Origin: an uncultured delta proteobacterium
GTDB taxonomy: Bacteria; Desulfobacterota; Desulfobaccia; Desulfobaccales; 0-14-0-80-60-11
DNA: 28,566 bases
Reading direction: 5' to 3'
Assembly: GCA_963812015.1 (NCBI GenBank)
Contig: CAWETI010000001.1
Coordinates: 1-28,566, forward strand
The notes below the pieces were generated by a model. The model searched no databases and was not told the origin of the DNA. It saw only the letters and a list, made by a program, of their open reading frames with translations. A program made the translations under genes and the position numbers. This document shows, piece by piece, positions 17,739 to 26,272 of this stretch; within the stretch, counting starts at the first letter, position 1; each line of letters starts with the position of its first letter.

Positions 17739-18293
17739 ATGACGCAAAACAAGACTTTAGCGATGTCCGCCCGGGATTTGGAACAGACCCTGGAGCGCCT
17801 CACCGATGAGATCATGGCGAACCACCGGAACCAGGACGAACTGGTGTTGGTGGGCATCCGGACCGGGGGGGCCTTTCTGGCCCAACGGCTGGCCGCCAAC
17901 ATTATCAAGCGGACTTCCCGGCCGGTGCGGGTGGGGGTGCTGGATATCACCCTCTACCGGGACGACTGGACCCAGCTCAGCCACAAGCCCCTGGTGGGCA
18001 AGACGGAACTGCCGGGCTCCATTGACGACCAGAACGTGGTGCTGGTGGACGATGTGCTGTTCACCGGGCGCACCATCCGAGCGGCCCTGGACGCCCTCAT
18101 CGACTACGGGCGGCCCCGACGCATCGAGTTGGCGGTGCTGGTGGACCGGGGCGGCCGGGAGTTGCCCATCCAGCCGGATTATGTCGGGCGGGCCGGGGAG
18201 TTGCCCCCGGGCCAGCGAGTCAACGTTTATATGACGGAGATGGGACGGCCCGACGAAGTGGCCATCGAATTGGGCCCTCCGGCCAGGCCTTGA
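17739..18293 (+). CDS. pyrR: Bifunctional pyr regulator / uracil phosphoribosyltransferase PyrR
   Basis: LVGIRTGG, LDITLYRDD and VVLVDDVLFTGRTIRAALDAL...LVDRGGRELPIQPDYVG. Confidence 0.95.
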   Translation: MTQNKTLAMSARDLEQTLERLTDEIMANHRNQDELVLVGIRTGGAFLAQRLAANIIKRTSRPVRVGVLDITLYRDDWTQLSHKPLVGKTELPGSIDDQNVVLVDDVLFTGRTIRAALDALIDYGRPRRIELAVLVDRGGRELPIQPDYVGRAGELPPGQRVNVYMTEMGRPDEVAIELGPPARP

Positions 18294-19531
18294 TGGCGCG
18301 TCAAAAAAAGGCCAAGGCCCGGAGTGCCGCCGATCTCGCGCCCCTGACCCCGGAGGCCCGGGCCAGGCTGGAAAGCCAGGTGGCCGGGGTGGCTGCGGCC
18401 CTGGCCGCGGGGGGCGACCTGGCGGCGCTTACGGGGCAGATCAACCCTGATCCCCAGGACCCTCTCTGGGATGAGCACCTGATGGCGGCCCTGGGGGCCC
18501 TGAACCACCCGGCTATCCCGCCTCTTTTGGCCGCGAGCTTTGGCGGGGCCCGGGACAAGGTCCGGCGCAAGGCCCTGCAGAAGACCCTGCACCGGCTCAA
18601 AACCCGGGGGGTGGCAGTCCCGGATGATCTCCTGCCCCGGGAAGCGGTGAGCCTCGGGACGTCCCGGCCCGGCACGACCGCGGTATTTGTGTCCCCCGTG
18701 TTTGGTCACGGCGAAAGTTACGTCGTCCTGGAGGGGCCCCCGGAGATCCTGGGGGGCAACTTCCTGGTGTCCCGGGTCAGCGACCGGGAAGGGTTTAAGG
18801 AGTGCGTGCTGCTGTCCCTGAAACGCAAGCAGCACGGGGAATTCTGGGACAAATTTCGGGAGCAGGGCCTGACTGAGTGGTTTTCCCCGCCTTCGGCTTA
18901 CGCAGTGCAGTTGCTGGACCAGGCCTATACGAACCACCCCGAGGCCGGCTCCGGGACCTCCCAATATGGCGTCCTGCGGGAGAACATCTTCCGGCACTGG
19001 GGTCGCCCCGAGGCCGCCCCGGACCTGGAGCAGACGCTGCCCGTCGTGGCCGCCGGAGATCGGGGCCGGCTTCTGGAGCAATCCCGGCAACTGGCCCTGG
19101 ACCCACTGTTCCACGCCTGGCTGCCGGGGCCGGAGGAGATTGCCCCCTGGCTGGTGAAGCTCAAGGAGGTCGAGGCCAGTCCCCTGGTATTGTCGGATCA
19201 GCAGAAGCAGGTCCGCGTCGACGCGGTGCTGGATGAAGCCACCCAGGCCCTGTACCCGCCTGAGAGCCGAACCGATTGGGGCCGGCGCCTCCTGGCCATG
19301 GCCTACTATCTGGACCTGACGGGGCGGGGGGAGGACTCCCGGGGGGCCCGGGCCGCGGCGTCGGACCTGTTGGCCGCGGACCGGAGCGTCCTCACCGGGG
19401 AAAATCCTTTCCTGAAAAGCTTGGTGCAGTATGCCCTGCGCCTGGCGTGGGAACTCCAGCAACCCCGGGAGCATCCGGCGGCTACCGGGCTGGTGGCCCC
19501 GCCCGGCGAGTCGCGGCTCATCCGGAGGTAA
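18290..19531 (+). CDS. Hypothetical protein (~413 aa, helical N-terminus)
   Basis: Long ORF with host-like codon usage; start overlaps the pyrR stop; no motif recognised with certainty. Confidence 0.85.
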   Translation: MMARQKKAKARSAADLAPLTPEARARLESQVAGVAAALAAGGDLAALTGQINPDPQDPLWDEHLMAALGALNHPAIPPLLAASFGGARDKVRRKALQKTLHRLKTRGVAVPDDLLPREAVSLGTSRPGTTAVFVSPVFGHGESYVVLEGPPEILGGNFLVSRVSDREGFKECVLLSLKRKQHGEFWDKFREQGLTEWFSPPSAYAVQLLDQAYTNHPEAGSGTSQYGVLRENIFRHWGRPEAAPDLEQTLPVVAAGDRGRLLEQSRQLALDPLFHAWLPGPEEIAPWLVKLKEVEASPLVLSDQQKQVRVDAVLDEATQALYPPESRTDWGRRLLAMAYYLDLTGRGEDSRGARAAASDLLAADRSVLTGENPFLKSLVQYALRLAWELQQPREHPAATGLVAPPGESRLIRR

Positions 19532-19533
19532 GC

Positions 19534-19932
19534 ATGATCCACATGTTGAGCGTACCCACCCACAGCCGCACCGAGATGGTGGACATCACCGGCCGGATTC
19601 AGGAACTGGTGCGGGATAGCGGGGTTACGGAAGGGGTCTGCCACATCTTCGAGGCCCACACCACCGCGGGCCTGACCATCAACGAGAACGCCGACCCCAG
19701 TGTCCAGGCGGACATCCTCATGGTCCTAAACAAGATCATCAGCGATGGGGAGGCCTATCGTCATCTCGAAGGCAACTCGCCGGCGCACATCAAGGCTTCC
19801 CTCATGGGGTCCAGCCTCACGGTCCTGGTGAACAACGGTCGCCTGCTTTTGGGCACCTGGCAGGGGGTTTTTCTCTGTGAATTCGACGGGCCCCGGACAC
19901 GTAAGGTACAGATAAAAATTATGGCAGGTTAA
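19534..19932 (+). CDS. yjbQ: YjbQ / UPF0047 family protein (secondary thiamine-phosphate synthase)
   Basis: HTTAGLTINENADPSV, HLEGNSPAHIKASL, LGTWQGVFLCEFDGPR; SD GGAGG. Confidence 0.93.
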   Translation: MIHMLSVPTHSRTEMVDITGRIQELVRDSGVTEGVCHIFEAHTTAGLTINENADPSVQADILMVLNKIISDGEAYRHLEGNSPAHIKASLMGSSLTVLVNNGRLLLGTWQGVFLCEFDGPRTRKVQIKIMAG

Positions 19933-21672
19933 ATGGCGCGTACCCGGAAATTTTTTAGCGACGTGGAGCTGGACGGCCTCCCCCTGGCCGCTTACGAGCG
20001 AGATTTGGCCGCTATCCGGGATCGTTATCTGCTCAAGGACTTTCTGGAATACACCCATATCCACCGGGGGTTGCTGGCCCCGTACAGCGCCTCCTATCCC
20101 CTCATCGAACCCCGGGAACTGCTGCCCTCCTTTGAAAAAAATTTTGCGGAATACAAACATCTGCCCAGCTTCAGCATGGTGGCCTTCAACCGTCCCCTGT
20201 CCTACCAGGAGGAAATCTTCCAGTTCGACATCCTCCATCCCCCGGAAGAAGGGAATCGGCGGGTGCTCCGGGAAAATTTGGATAGAATCCTGCCCCACCT
20301 GGACCGGGACCTCCGGCCGGTGGTCAGGCAGAAGTTGGGCAGCCGGGATATTACCGACCTGACACACTACCCGGAACTGGTGGAATTTCTGTTCCATATG
20401 GACCGGGCCCATGTGATTGCCCGGGATGAAGCGGGGAACTTCCGCCTCCTGGGAGTCTATGGCTCCTTTCCGTCGGATTTGGACACCGAACTCAAGAGCC
20501 TGGGGCGGCGGTTGGGCAAGTTCAAGAAGCTGGACAGCACCTCCTATGAGCGGGAACGGGAATTCGTCTACCAGTTTCTTATGGAACTCTACGGGTTTCC
20601 CATCGCCTCGGAGCGCCGCACCTCCGGGGCGCTGTTCGCCCGGCGGCTGAGCCACCTCAAGGAACAGTATCTCATCAAGGTGCTGGGCGCCTCGGACCGG
20701 ACCATCACCAGCCTCTGCGGGTTCGAGCAGAAACGGTACCCTCTGGTGGAAAAGGTCGCCCTCATCTCGCTGTCGCCGGGGTTGGCGGAAGCGCACCCCC
20801 AGCTGAAAGACGGCGGCTTTTACGTGGACCAGAGGCGGCGGGTGGTGATCCTGAAGGTGACCTACCAGCAGCACAAGTACAACCGCTTCAATGTCCTGGA
20901 AGACCGGGCCCTGTCCATCGTGCGCCAGGAAATCATCCACCCGGAACACGGCGGCCGGGAACCGAGCCTCAATATTCTGAAGGATACCAAACGGACGCTG
21001 AAGGAGCTTACCGATATCGTCCGGGGCGAGCACAGCGGTTCCATCACCTACCGGCGCAGCGACCTGATCACCTCCACCAAGACCCACGAGGAGCGCCTCA
21101 AGTTCCTGTCAGCCTGGCTGAGCAAAAATCAGCGGCGGCTGGGGGCCTATGGCCAGGAGACCTTCGAGGCCACGAAGAAGTTGTTGAACAGCTATCTCGC
21201 CAATAGGGATTACCGGGAGGTATTCGCCAAGCACCGGGAGTTGCACCGGGAGGTGGTGCAGCGGCTGGCCTACCTGAACCAGGTGCAGCGGCTCCAGCCC
21301 CTGGAAAAGCTGGCCCAGCCCGGGAAGCGCCAAAAGGGTCTGGGCCCCAGCCACCGCTTGGCCCTGGCCCTGGCCTTTCTGGAGGAAAACCAGCATCAGC
21401 TGCCGTATTTCTATCCCGACCTGTTCCACAAGAGCTGTCATCTCTTCGAGCAGATCTTGCACTACCCGTACTTCAAGAAATTGCTAGGCACAGCGGACCC
21501 GCCGGTCAGCTCTTTCCGGCGCCGGGTCTGGCAGATGCTGGTGCGGGGAGAAGAACTCCTGGCGGAAATGAAAAAGGAGCACGGCTGGATCGAGAGTGAA
21601 GTGCACCGGGGGACGCCGTTCCCCATGATCGCCCCCGAGCACCGACCGCCTTCCTCCCCCCATACCGCCTGA
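19933..21672 (+). CDS. Hypothetical protein (579 aa)
   Basis: Long ORF abutting the yjbQ stop, with host-like codon usage; no recognised catalytic motif. Confidence 0.9.
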   Translation: MARTRKFFSDVELDGLPLAAYERDLAAIRDRYLLKDFLEYTHIHRGLLAPYSASYPLIEPRELLPSFEKNFAEYKHLPSFSMVAFNRPLSYQEEIFQFDILHPPEEGNRRVLRENLDRILPHLDRDLRPVVRQKLGSRDITDLTHYPELVEFLFHMDRAHVIARDEAGNFRLLGVYGSFPSDLDTELKSLGRRLGKFKKLDSTSYEREREFVYQFLMELYGFPIASERRTSGALFARRLSHLKEQYLIKVLGASDRTITSLCGFEQKRYPLVEKVALISLSPGLAEAHPQLKDGGFYVDQRRRVVILKVTYQQHKYNRFNVLEDRALSIVRQEIIHPEHGGREPSLNILKDTKRTLKELTDIVRGEHSGSITYRRSDLITSTKTHEERLKFLSAWLSKNQRRLGAYGQETFEATKKLLNSYLANRDYREVFAKHRELHREVVQRLAYLNQVQRLQPLEKLAQPGKRQKGLGPSHRLALALAFLEENQHQLPYFYPDLFHKSCHLFEQILHYPYFKKLLGTADPPVSSFRRRVWQMLVRGEELLAEMKKEHGWIESEVHRGTPFPMIAPEHRPPSSPHTA

Positions 21673-21715
21673 GAGGAGGACTGGACGCCGGCCAAGGAAA
21701 AAAACTACCCCCCCC

Positions 21716-21743
21716 TTGCAATCAGGTGAACGATGATTATTAT
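21716..21743 (+). promoter_or_regulatory. sigma70-type promoter for the candidate sRNA
   Basis: A-tract at 21698-21704, then TTGCAA-N16-TATTAT. Confidence 0.55.
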
Positions 21744-21749
21744 ATGATT

Positions 21750-21880
21750 GAAGCCCGAGGACCGGAAAATCTGCCGCCGGCCCCCCCTAAGCACTGCGAA
21801 AGGAAGGGGACGATGTGGGGGGTTGCAGTCCCACCGGGTTGGGTTAAAGAGGGCCATGCTGAAGAGCGTGGCCCTTTTAA
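21750..21880 (+). ncRNA. Candidate ~130-nt small RNA
   Basis: Promoter upstream; rod-like fold (AGCCCG/CGGGTT, GGAC/GTCC, GGCCCCCC/GGGGGGTT); terminator hairpin at the 3' end; no credible ORF. Confidence 0.5.
21846..21880 (+). terminator. Terminator-like hairpin (possibly bidirectional)
   Basis: AGGGCCATGCT-GAAG-AGCGTGGCCCT-TTTAA. Confidence 0.65.
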
Positions 21881-21885
21881 GTTCA

Positions 21886-21943
21886 TAGCCGGCTGATGAA
21901 AAACCCACCGGGGAGATAAATTGCCTGTCTGAGCGGAGCGAAG
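21886..21943 (+). repeat. Composite repeat related to 15071-15126
   Basis: TAGCCGGCTGATGAAAAA ... CTGAGCGGAGCGAAG. Confidence 0.45.
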
Positions 21944-22010
21944 GTTGGGTCACAGCTTATCCAGGCATGAAATCGGTGCGGAAGAATTTCGCTGGCGGGC
22001 GCTAAAGAGC

Positions 22011-22040
22011 TTGCAAATTTCCTTCAAGGTGAGATATAAT
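22011..22040 (+). promoter_or_regulatory. sigma70 promoter of the ilv leader
   Basis: TTGCAA-N18-TATAAT; ATG begins 8 nt after the -10 box. Confidence 0.75.
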
Positions 22041-22047
22041 TATACCC

Positions 22048-22179
22048 ATGAAAAATCCTGCCCAGCCCGTAACCTACCTTTCCGGCATCCGAGTATCCGG
22101 CGGCACCGTATTGTTAGGCGTCGCGGCCGGCCTGTTGGGTTTGGGGCTGGTGGGGCCAAGGAGGATGTTGCGGCCATAA
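22048..22179 (+). CDS. Putative ilv operon leader (attenuator) peptide, 43 aa, apparently leaderless
   Basis: MKNPAQPVTYLSGIRVSGGTVLLGVAAGLLGLGLVGPRRMLRP; 14 of 43 residues are Leu/Val/Ile, including GTA-TTG-TTA; followed by antiterminator and terminator. Confidence 0.7.
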   Translation: MKNPAQPVTYLSGIRVSGGTVLLGVAAGLLGLGLVGPRRMLRP

Positions 22180-22208
22180 CCCGCAACCCCCACTACCGAA
22201 ACTCCCAG

Positions 22209-22237
22209 GCAGGGCCGCTTGCGGCCCTGCTTTTTTT
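22209..22237 (+). terminator. Attenuator terminator upstream of DUF465-ilvBNC
   Basis: GCAGGGCCGC-TT-GCGGCCCTGC-TTTTTTT; the 5' arm can alternatively pair with 22123-22139. Confidence 0.88.
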
Positions 22238-22404
22238 GTTGGTGGCGGCGGGGATGGCCGGCCGGGGAGGTGCGGTTTTGGGTTAATTGCCCTCGCGTGC
22301 CTGGGTACGGCGGCTGATGCGAGGTGGATTTTTGCCGAGGGAGACCTGATCAACAAGGGCAAAAATATCATGTATTTTAGCCTAAGGTCTTATTTTTCCA
22401 ATGA

Positions 22405-22433
22405 TTGACAAATACCTAACACTATTTTAATAT
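22405..22433 (+). promoter_or_regulatory. Internal sigma70 promoter before DUF465/ilvB
   Basis: TTGACA-N17-TAATAT in an AT-rich patch. Confidence 0.65.
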
Positions 22434-22471
22434 CTAGTATTTCACAATCCTTGTATGGCCAGGGGCACAAC

Positions 22472-22708
22472 ATGGAGAAACAGGACCTGGAACTCATAGA
22501 ACAGTTGATGGATCGGGACCCGGAGTTGAAGCAGTATGTTGAAAAACACCGGGAATATGAGAAGCAGTTGGAGGAATTCAACCGCCGGCCGTATCTGACC
22601 ACCGCCGAAACCATCGAGCGGAAACGGTTGCAGAAACTGAAGCTGGCCGGTCGGGACCGGATTGAACTGATCCTGGCCCAGCATCGCCCGAAGGAAAACC
22701 TGCAATGA
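22472..22708 (+). CDS. DUF465 (YdcH-like) coiled-coil protein
   Basis: [12 protein letters not shown]...H..YEKQLEEF...[21 protein letters not shown] overlap with ilvB. Confidence 0.85.
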   Translation: MEKQDLELIEQLMDRDPELKQYVEKHREYEKQLEEFNRRPYLTTAETIERKRLQKLKLAGRDRIELILAQHRPKENLQ

Positions 22709-24393
22709 AAATGACCGGCGCCCAAATTTTGATGAAATGCCTGGAGCGGGAGGGAGTCGAGCATATCTTTGGTTACCCCGGTGGGGTGGTCATCGACATC
22801 TACGACGAACTGATGCGCCGGCCCCATATCAGACATATTCTGGTCCGTCACGAACAGGCGGCGGTCCATGCGGCGGATGGCTATGCCCGGGCGTCCTCCA
22901 AGGTGGGAGTGGCCCTGGTCACTTCGGGCCCCGGCGCCACCAACACGGTAACGGGCATCGCCTCGGCCTACCTGGACTCCATTCCCATCGTGGTGTTAAC
23001 CGGGCAGGTGCCCACCGCCCTGATCGGGAACGACGCCTTTCAGGAAGTGGATATCGTCGGCATCACCCGGCCCTGCACCAAGCACAATTACCTGGTCAAG
23101 GACGTCAAGGATCTGGCCCAGACGATTCACGAGGCCTTTTATATCGCCCGGTCCGGGCGGCCGGGTCCGGTGCTGGTGGACCTGCCCAAGGATGTGAGCC
23201 AGGCCAGCACGGTGCCCAATTTTCCCGAGACCGTCAAGATCAAGAGCTACAACCCCACGTACCATGCCAACCCCCGGCAGGTGGCCCGAGCCCTGGATAT
23301 GATCCTGCACGCCCACAAGCCGGTGCTCTATACCGGGGGCGGCATCGTGCTGTCGGACAGCTCGGAGGAGCTCTACAAGTTCGCCACGGCCCTGCAGATC
23401 CCCGTGACCAGCACCCTCATGGGGTTAGGGGGCTTTCCCGGCGACCATCCCCTGTGGATGGGGATGCTGGGTATGCATGGAACGTACTGCGCCAACATGG
23501 CGGTGTCCCAGGCCGATGTCTTGATCGCGGTGGGGGCCCGGTTCGACGACCGGGTGACCGGCAAGCTGTCGGAGTTCGCACCCCACGCCAAGATCGTGCA
23601 TATCGACATCGACCCCAGCTCCATCAGCAAAAACGTGCAGGTGGATATCCCCATCGTGGGCGATTGCCTGGACACACTGCGGCAGCTCAACGAGCTGTTG
23701 GAGGATAAGCCCGCCCGGAATTGGGCGGAGGAGCGCCGGCCCTGGCTGGAAACCGTCAACGAATGGGCCACGACCCATCCCCTGACCTACGTCTGGGATG
23801 ACAAGGTTATTAAGCCCCAATTTGTCGTCGAGAAACTCTATGAGCTCACGCAGGGGGAGGCTTACATCACCACCGAGGTGGGGCAGAACCAGATGTGGGC
23901 GGCCCAGTTCTACAAGTTCAAGCACCCCCGGCGCCTGATGACCTCCGGGGGGCTGGGAGTCATGGGCTATGGCTTCCCCGCGGCCATGGGGGTCCAGTTG
24001 GCCAAACCCGATGCCTGCGTCATCGATATCGCCGGGGACGGCAGCATCCAGATGAATATTCAGGAGCTGATCACGGTGGTGGAGAATAAATTGCCGGTGA
24101 AGATCGCCATCCTGAACAATTCCTACCTGGGCATGGTGCGCCAATGGCAGCAGCTCTTTTATGAACGGCGTTACAGCGCCACGCAAATGGTGGCTCCCGA
24201 TTTTGTCAAGCTGGCCGAAGCCTATGGTGCGGTGGGGCTCCGGGCCACCAAACCCGAGGAAGTTGAGCCGGTGATCAGAGAGGCCCTCAACACCTCCCGC
24301 CCGGTGATCATGGACTTCAAAGTTGAACCGGAAGAGTGCGTCATGCCCATGGTGCCCGCAGGCAAGGCCATGCACGAAATGTTACTGGCTTAG
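22705..24393 (+). CDS. ilvB: Acetolactate synthase large subunit (biosynthetic)
   Basis: [37 protein letters not shown] and the GDGSIQMN...[12 protein letters not shown]hDP motif. Confidence 0.98.
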   Translation: MKMTGAQILMKCLEREGVEHIFGYPGGVVIDIYDELMRRPHIRHILVRHEQAAVHAADGYARASSKVGVALVTSGPGATNTVTGIASAYLDSIPIVVLTGQVPTALIGNDAFQEVDIVGITRPCTKHNYLVKDVKDLAQTIHEAFYIARSGRPGPVLVDLPKDVSQASTVPNFPETVKIKSYNPTYHANPRQVARALDMILHAHKPVLYTGGGIVLSDSSEELYKFATALQIPVTSTLMGLGGFPGDHPLWMGMLGMHGTYCANMAVSQADVLIAVGARFDDRVTGKLSEFAPHAKIVHIDIDPSSISKNVQVDIPIVGDCLDTLRQLNELLEDKPARNWAEERRPWLETVNEWATTHPLTYVWDDKVIKPQFVVEKLYELTQGEAYITTEVGQNQMWAAQFYKFKHPRRLMTSGGLGVMGYGFPAAMGVQLAKPDACVIDIAGDGSIQMNIQELITVVENKLPVKIAILNNSYLGMVRQWQQLFYERRYSATQMVAPDFVKLAEAYGAVGLRATKPEEVEPVIREALNTSRPVIMDFKVEPEECVMPMVPAGKAMHEMLLA

Positions 24394-24401
24394 GAGGGAA
24401 G

Positions 24402-24905
24402 ATGGAGCCGAAGACCGAGCCTCGACATACCATATCAGTGTGGGTGGATAATACTCCGGGGGTGCTCTCCCGGGTGACCGGCCTGTTCAGCGGCCGGGGC
24501 TTTAATATCGAGAGCCTGTGCGTGGCCGAGACCATGGACCCGGGGGTTTCCCGGATCACCATCGTGTCCACCGGGGATGAGCAGATCACCGAACAGATCA
24601 TCAAGCAACTCCACAAGCTCATCAACGTCATCACGGTGGTGGACCTGAGCGAAGTGCCCCACGTGGAACGCGATATGGTCTTAGTAAGGGTCAAGGCCGA
24701 GGACAAGTCCCGGGCCGAGGTCCTGCGCATTGCCGACATTTTTCGCTGCCGGGTGGTAGACGTCAGCGCCACCACCTATACCCTGGAGATCACCGGCAAC
24801 CACGAAAAAACCAAGGCGGTGCTGGACCTGCTGAAGAACCACGGTATCCAGGAGATTGTGCGCACCGGCACCCTGGCCATCCAGCGGAGCAAGAAGGATA
24901 GCTGA
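24402..24905 (+). CDS. ilvN: Acetolactate synthase small (regulatory) subunit
   Basis: HTISVWVDNTPGVLSRVTGLFSGRGFNIESL ACT domain, IVRTG; SD GGAGG. Confidence 0.96.
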   Translation: MEPKTEPRHTISVWVDNTPGVLSRVTGLFSGRGFNIESLCVAETMDPGVSRITIVSTGDEQITEQIIKQLHKLINVITVVDLSEVPHVERDMVLVRVKAEDKSRAEVLRIADIFRCRVVDVSATTYTLEITGNHEKTKAVLDLLKNHGIQEIVRTGTLAIQRSKKDS

Positions 24906-24934
24906 CAGCTTGCAGCCGTTATTTTTTGAAGATT

Positions 24935-25002
24935 TAGGGTGCGCATCGCGCCCCATGCTTTTGGGTTTTTACAAGGATTCCGGCGGGTAGGGCCCGCCCT
25001 AC
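24935..25002. repeat. REP-like doublet between ilvN and ilvC
   Basis: TAGGGTGCGCATCGCGCCCC ... GGCGGGTAGGGCCCGCCCTAC (GTAG-type ends in inverted orientation). Confidence 0.65.
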
Positions 25003-25043
25003 AGGCTACTGATTGCCTGCAATAAAGAAAGGATAAATTACTC

Positions 25044-26033
25044 ATGAAAATGTACTACGATGCGGATGCGGATTTGGGCGTCCTCAAGGGAAAAAAGGTG
25101 GCCATTATCGGCTTCGGTTCCCAGGGCCACGCCCAGGCCCTCAATCTGAGGGACAGCGGCGTGGACGTGGTGGTTTCGGAAATGTCCGGAACTGCTAACT
25201 TTGAGCTGGCCGAAAAATTCGGCTTCAAGCCGGTGAGCGCCGGGGACGCGGCGGCCCAGGCCCAGGTGGTCCAGATCCTGACCCAGGACCACGTTCAGGC
25301 CACGCTGTACGAGAACGACCTGAAGCCCCACATGGGCCCGGGCAAGACCCTGCTCTTTTCCCACGGCTTCAATATTCATTACGGCCAGATTGTGCCGGAC
25401 CCCAAGGTGGACGTGATCATGGTGGCCCCCAAGGGCCCCGGGCACCTGGTGAGGAGCGAATACGAGAAAGGCGCCGGGGTTCCCTGCCTGGTGGCGGTGG
25501 AGCAGAACGCCTCGGGTAAGGCTCTGGCCACGGCTCTGGCCTATGCCAAGGGCATCGGGGCTACCCGGGCCGGGGTGCTCGAAACCTCCTTTATGGAGGA
25601 GACCGAGACCGACCTTTTTGGGGAGCAGGCCGTGCTCTGTGGCGGCGTCTCCGAACTGGTCAAGGCCGGCTTCGACACCTTGGTGGAAGCGGGCTACGCC
25701 CCGGAGATCGCTTACTTCGAATGCTTCCATGAACTGAAGCTCATCGTGGACCTGTTCTATCAGGGCGGCCTGGAATACATGCGCTATTCCGTGTCCGATA
25801 CCGCGGAATACGGCGACTACACCCGGGGGCCGCGCATCATCACCGAGGAGACCCGGGAAGAGATGCGCCAGATCCTCTACGAGGTGCAGACCGGCGAGTT
25901 CGCCAAGGAGTGGATCCTGGAAAACCAGGCCCGGCGGCCGGTTTTCAACGCCCTGAGGCGCCAGGAAGCGGAGCACCCCATCGAAGAGGTGGGCAAAAAG
26001 CTCCGGTCCATGATGGGGTGGCTAAAAAAATAA
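25044..26033 (+). CDS. ilvC: Ketol-acid reductoisomerase
   Basis: [53 protein letters not shown]. Confidence 0.99.
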   Translation: MKMYYDADADLGVLKGKKVAIIGFGSQGHAQALNLRDSGVDVVVSEMSGTANFELAEKFGFKPVSAGDAAAQAQVVQILTQDHVQATLYENDLKPHMGPGKTLLFSHGFNIHYGQIVPDPKVDVIMVAPKGPGHLVRSEYEKGAGVPCLVAVEQNASGKALATALAYAKGIGATRAGVLETSFMEETETDLFGEQAVLCGGVSELVKAGFDTLVEAGYAPEIAYFECFHELKLIVDLFYQGGLEYMRYSVSDTAEYGDYTRGPRIITEETREEMRQILYEVQTGEFAKEWILENQARRPVFNALRRQEAEHPIEEVGKKLRSMMGWLKK

Positions 26034-26040
26034 AAATCTG

Positions 26041-26236
26041 GGCGAAAAGGGAAAAAGGGGAAAAGGCGAAAAGGGAGAGAGGCTGTGTTTCTGCATGATT
26101 TCGGTTTTTTCGCCTTTTTCCCCAGGATTATAGGCGCTAAAAGGATACAAGGGGATATGTCGAAAACGGGCAAAAGCATGAAAGGGCCTGTTGGTATTAA
26201 CCTTTTCGCCTTTTCGCCTTTTCGCCTTTTCCCCCC
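26041..26236. repeat. Inverted arrays of octamer repeats (GGCGAAAA)n ... (TTTTCGCC)n
   Basis: Degenerate GGCGAAAA units at 26041-26075; complementary TTTTCGCC units at 26107-26123 and 26203-26236. Confidence 0.75.
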
Positions 26237-26272
26237 AAATCTTTTTCCCTTTCAGGCGGACGGCTGTTAACT

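Noticed and set aside
21790..21810. GAAAGGAAG resembling SRP RNA helix 8
   Set aside because: Lacks the flanking CAGG and GCAGC of the conserved SRP motif.
21744..21896. 50-aa ORF (or 27-aa from ATG 21813) across the candidate sRNA
   Set aside because: The first ATG abuts the -10 box, the ORF runs through the terminator hairpin, and its composition is unremarkable.
21893..21920. CTGATGA as a hammerhead core, or CCACCGGGGAG as a ZTP riboswitch fragment
   Set aside because: No stem II/GAAA arrangement and no GUGG partner or downstream CGCCUGGGC motif; better explained as part of the repeat related to 15071-15126.
26041..26236. CRISPR array
   Set aside because: Units are 8 bp with no unique spacers; no cas genes in the window.
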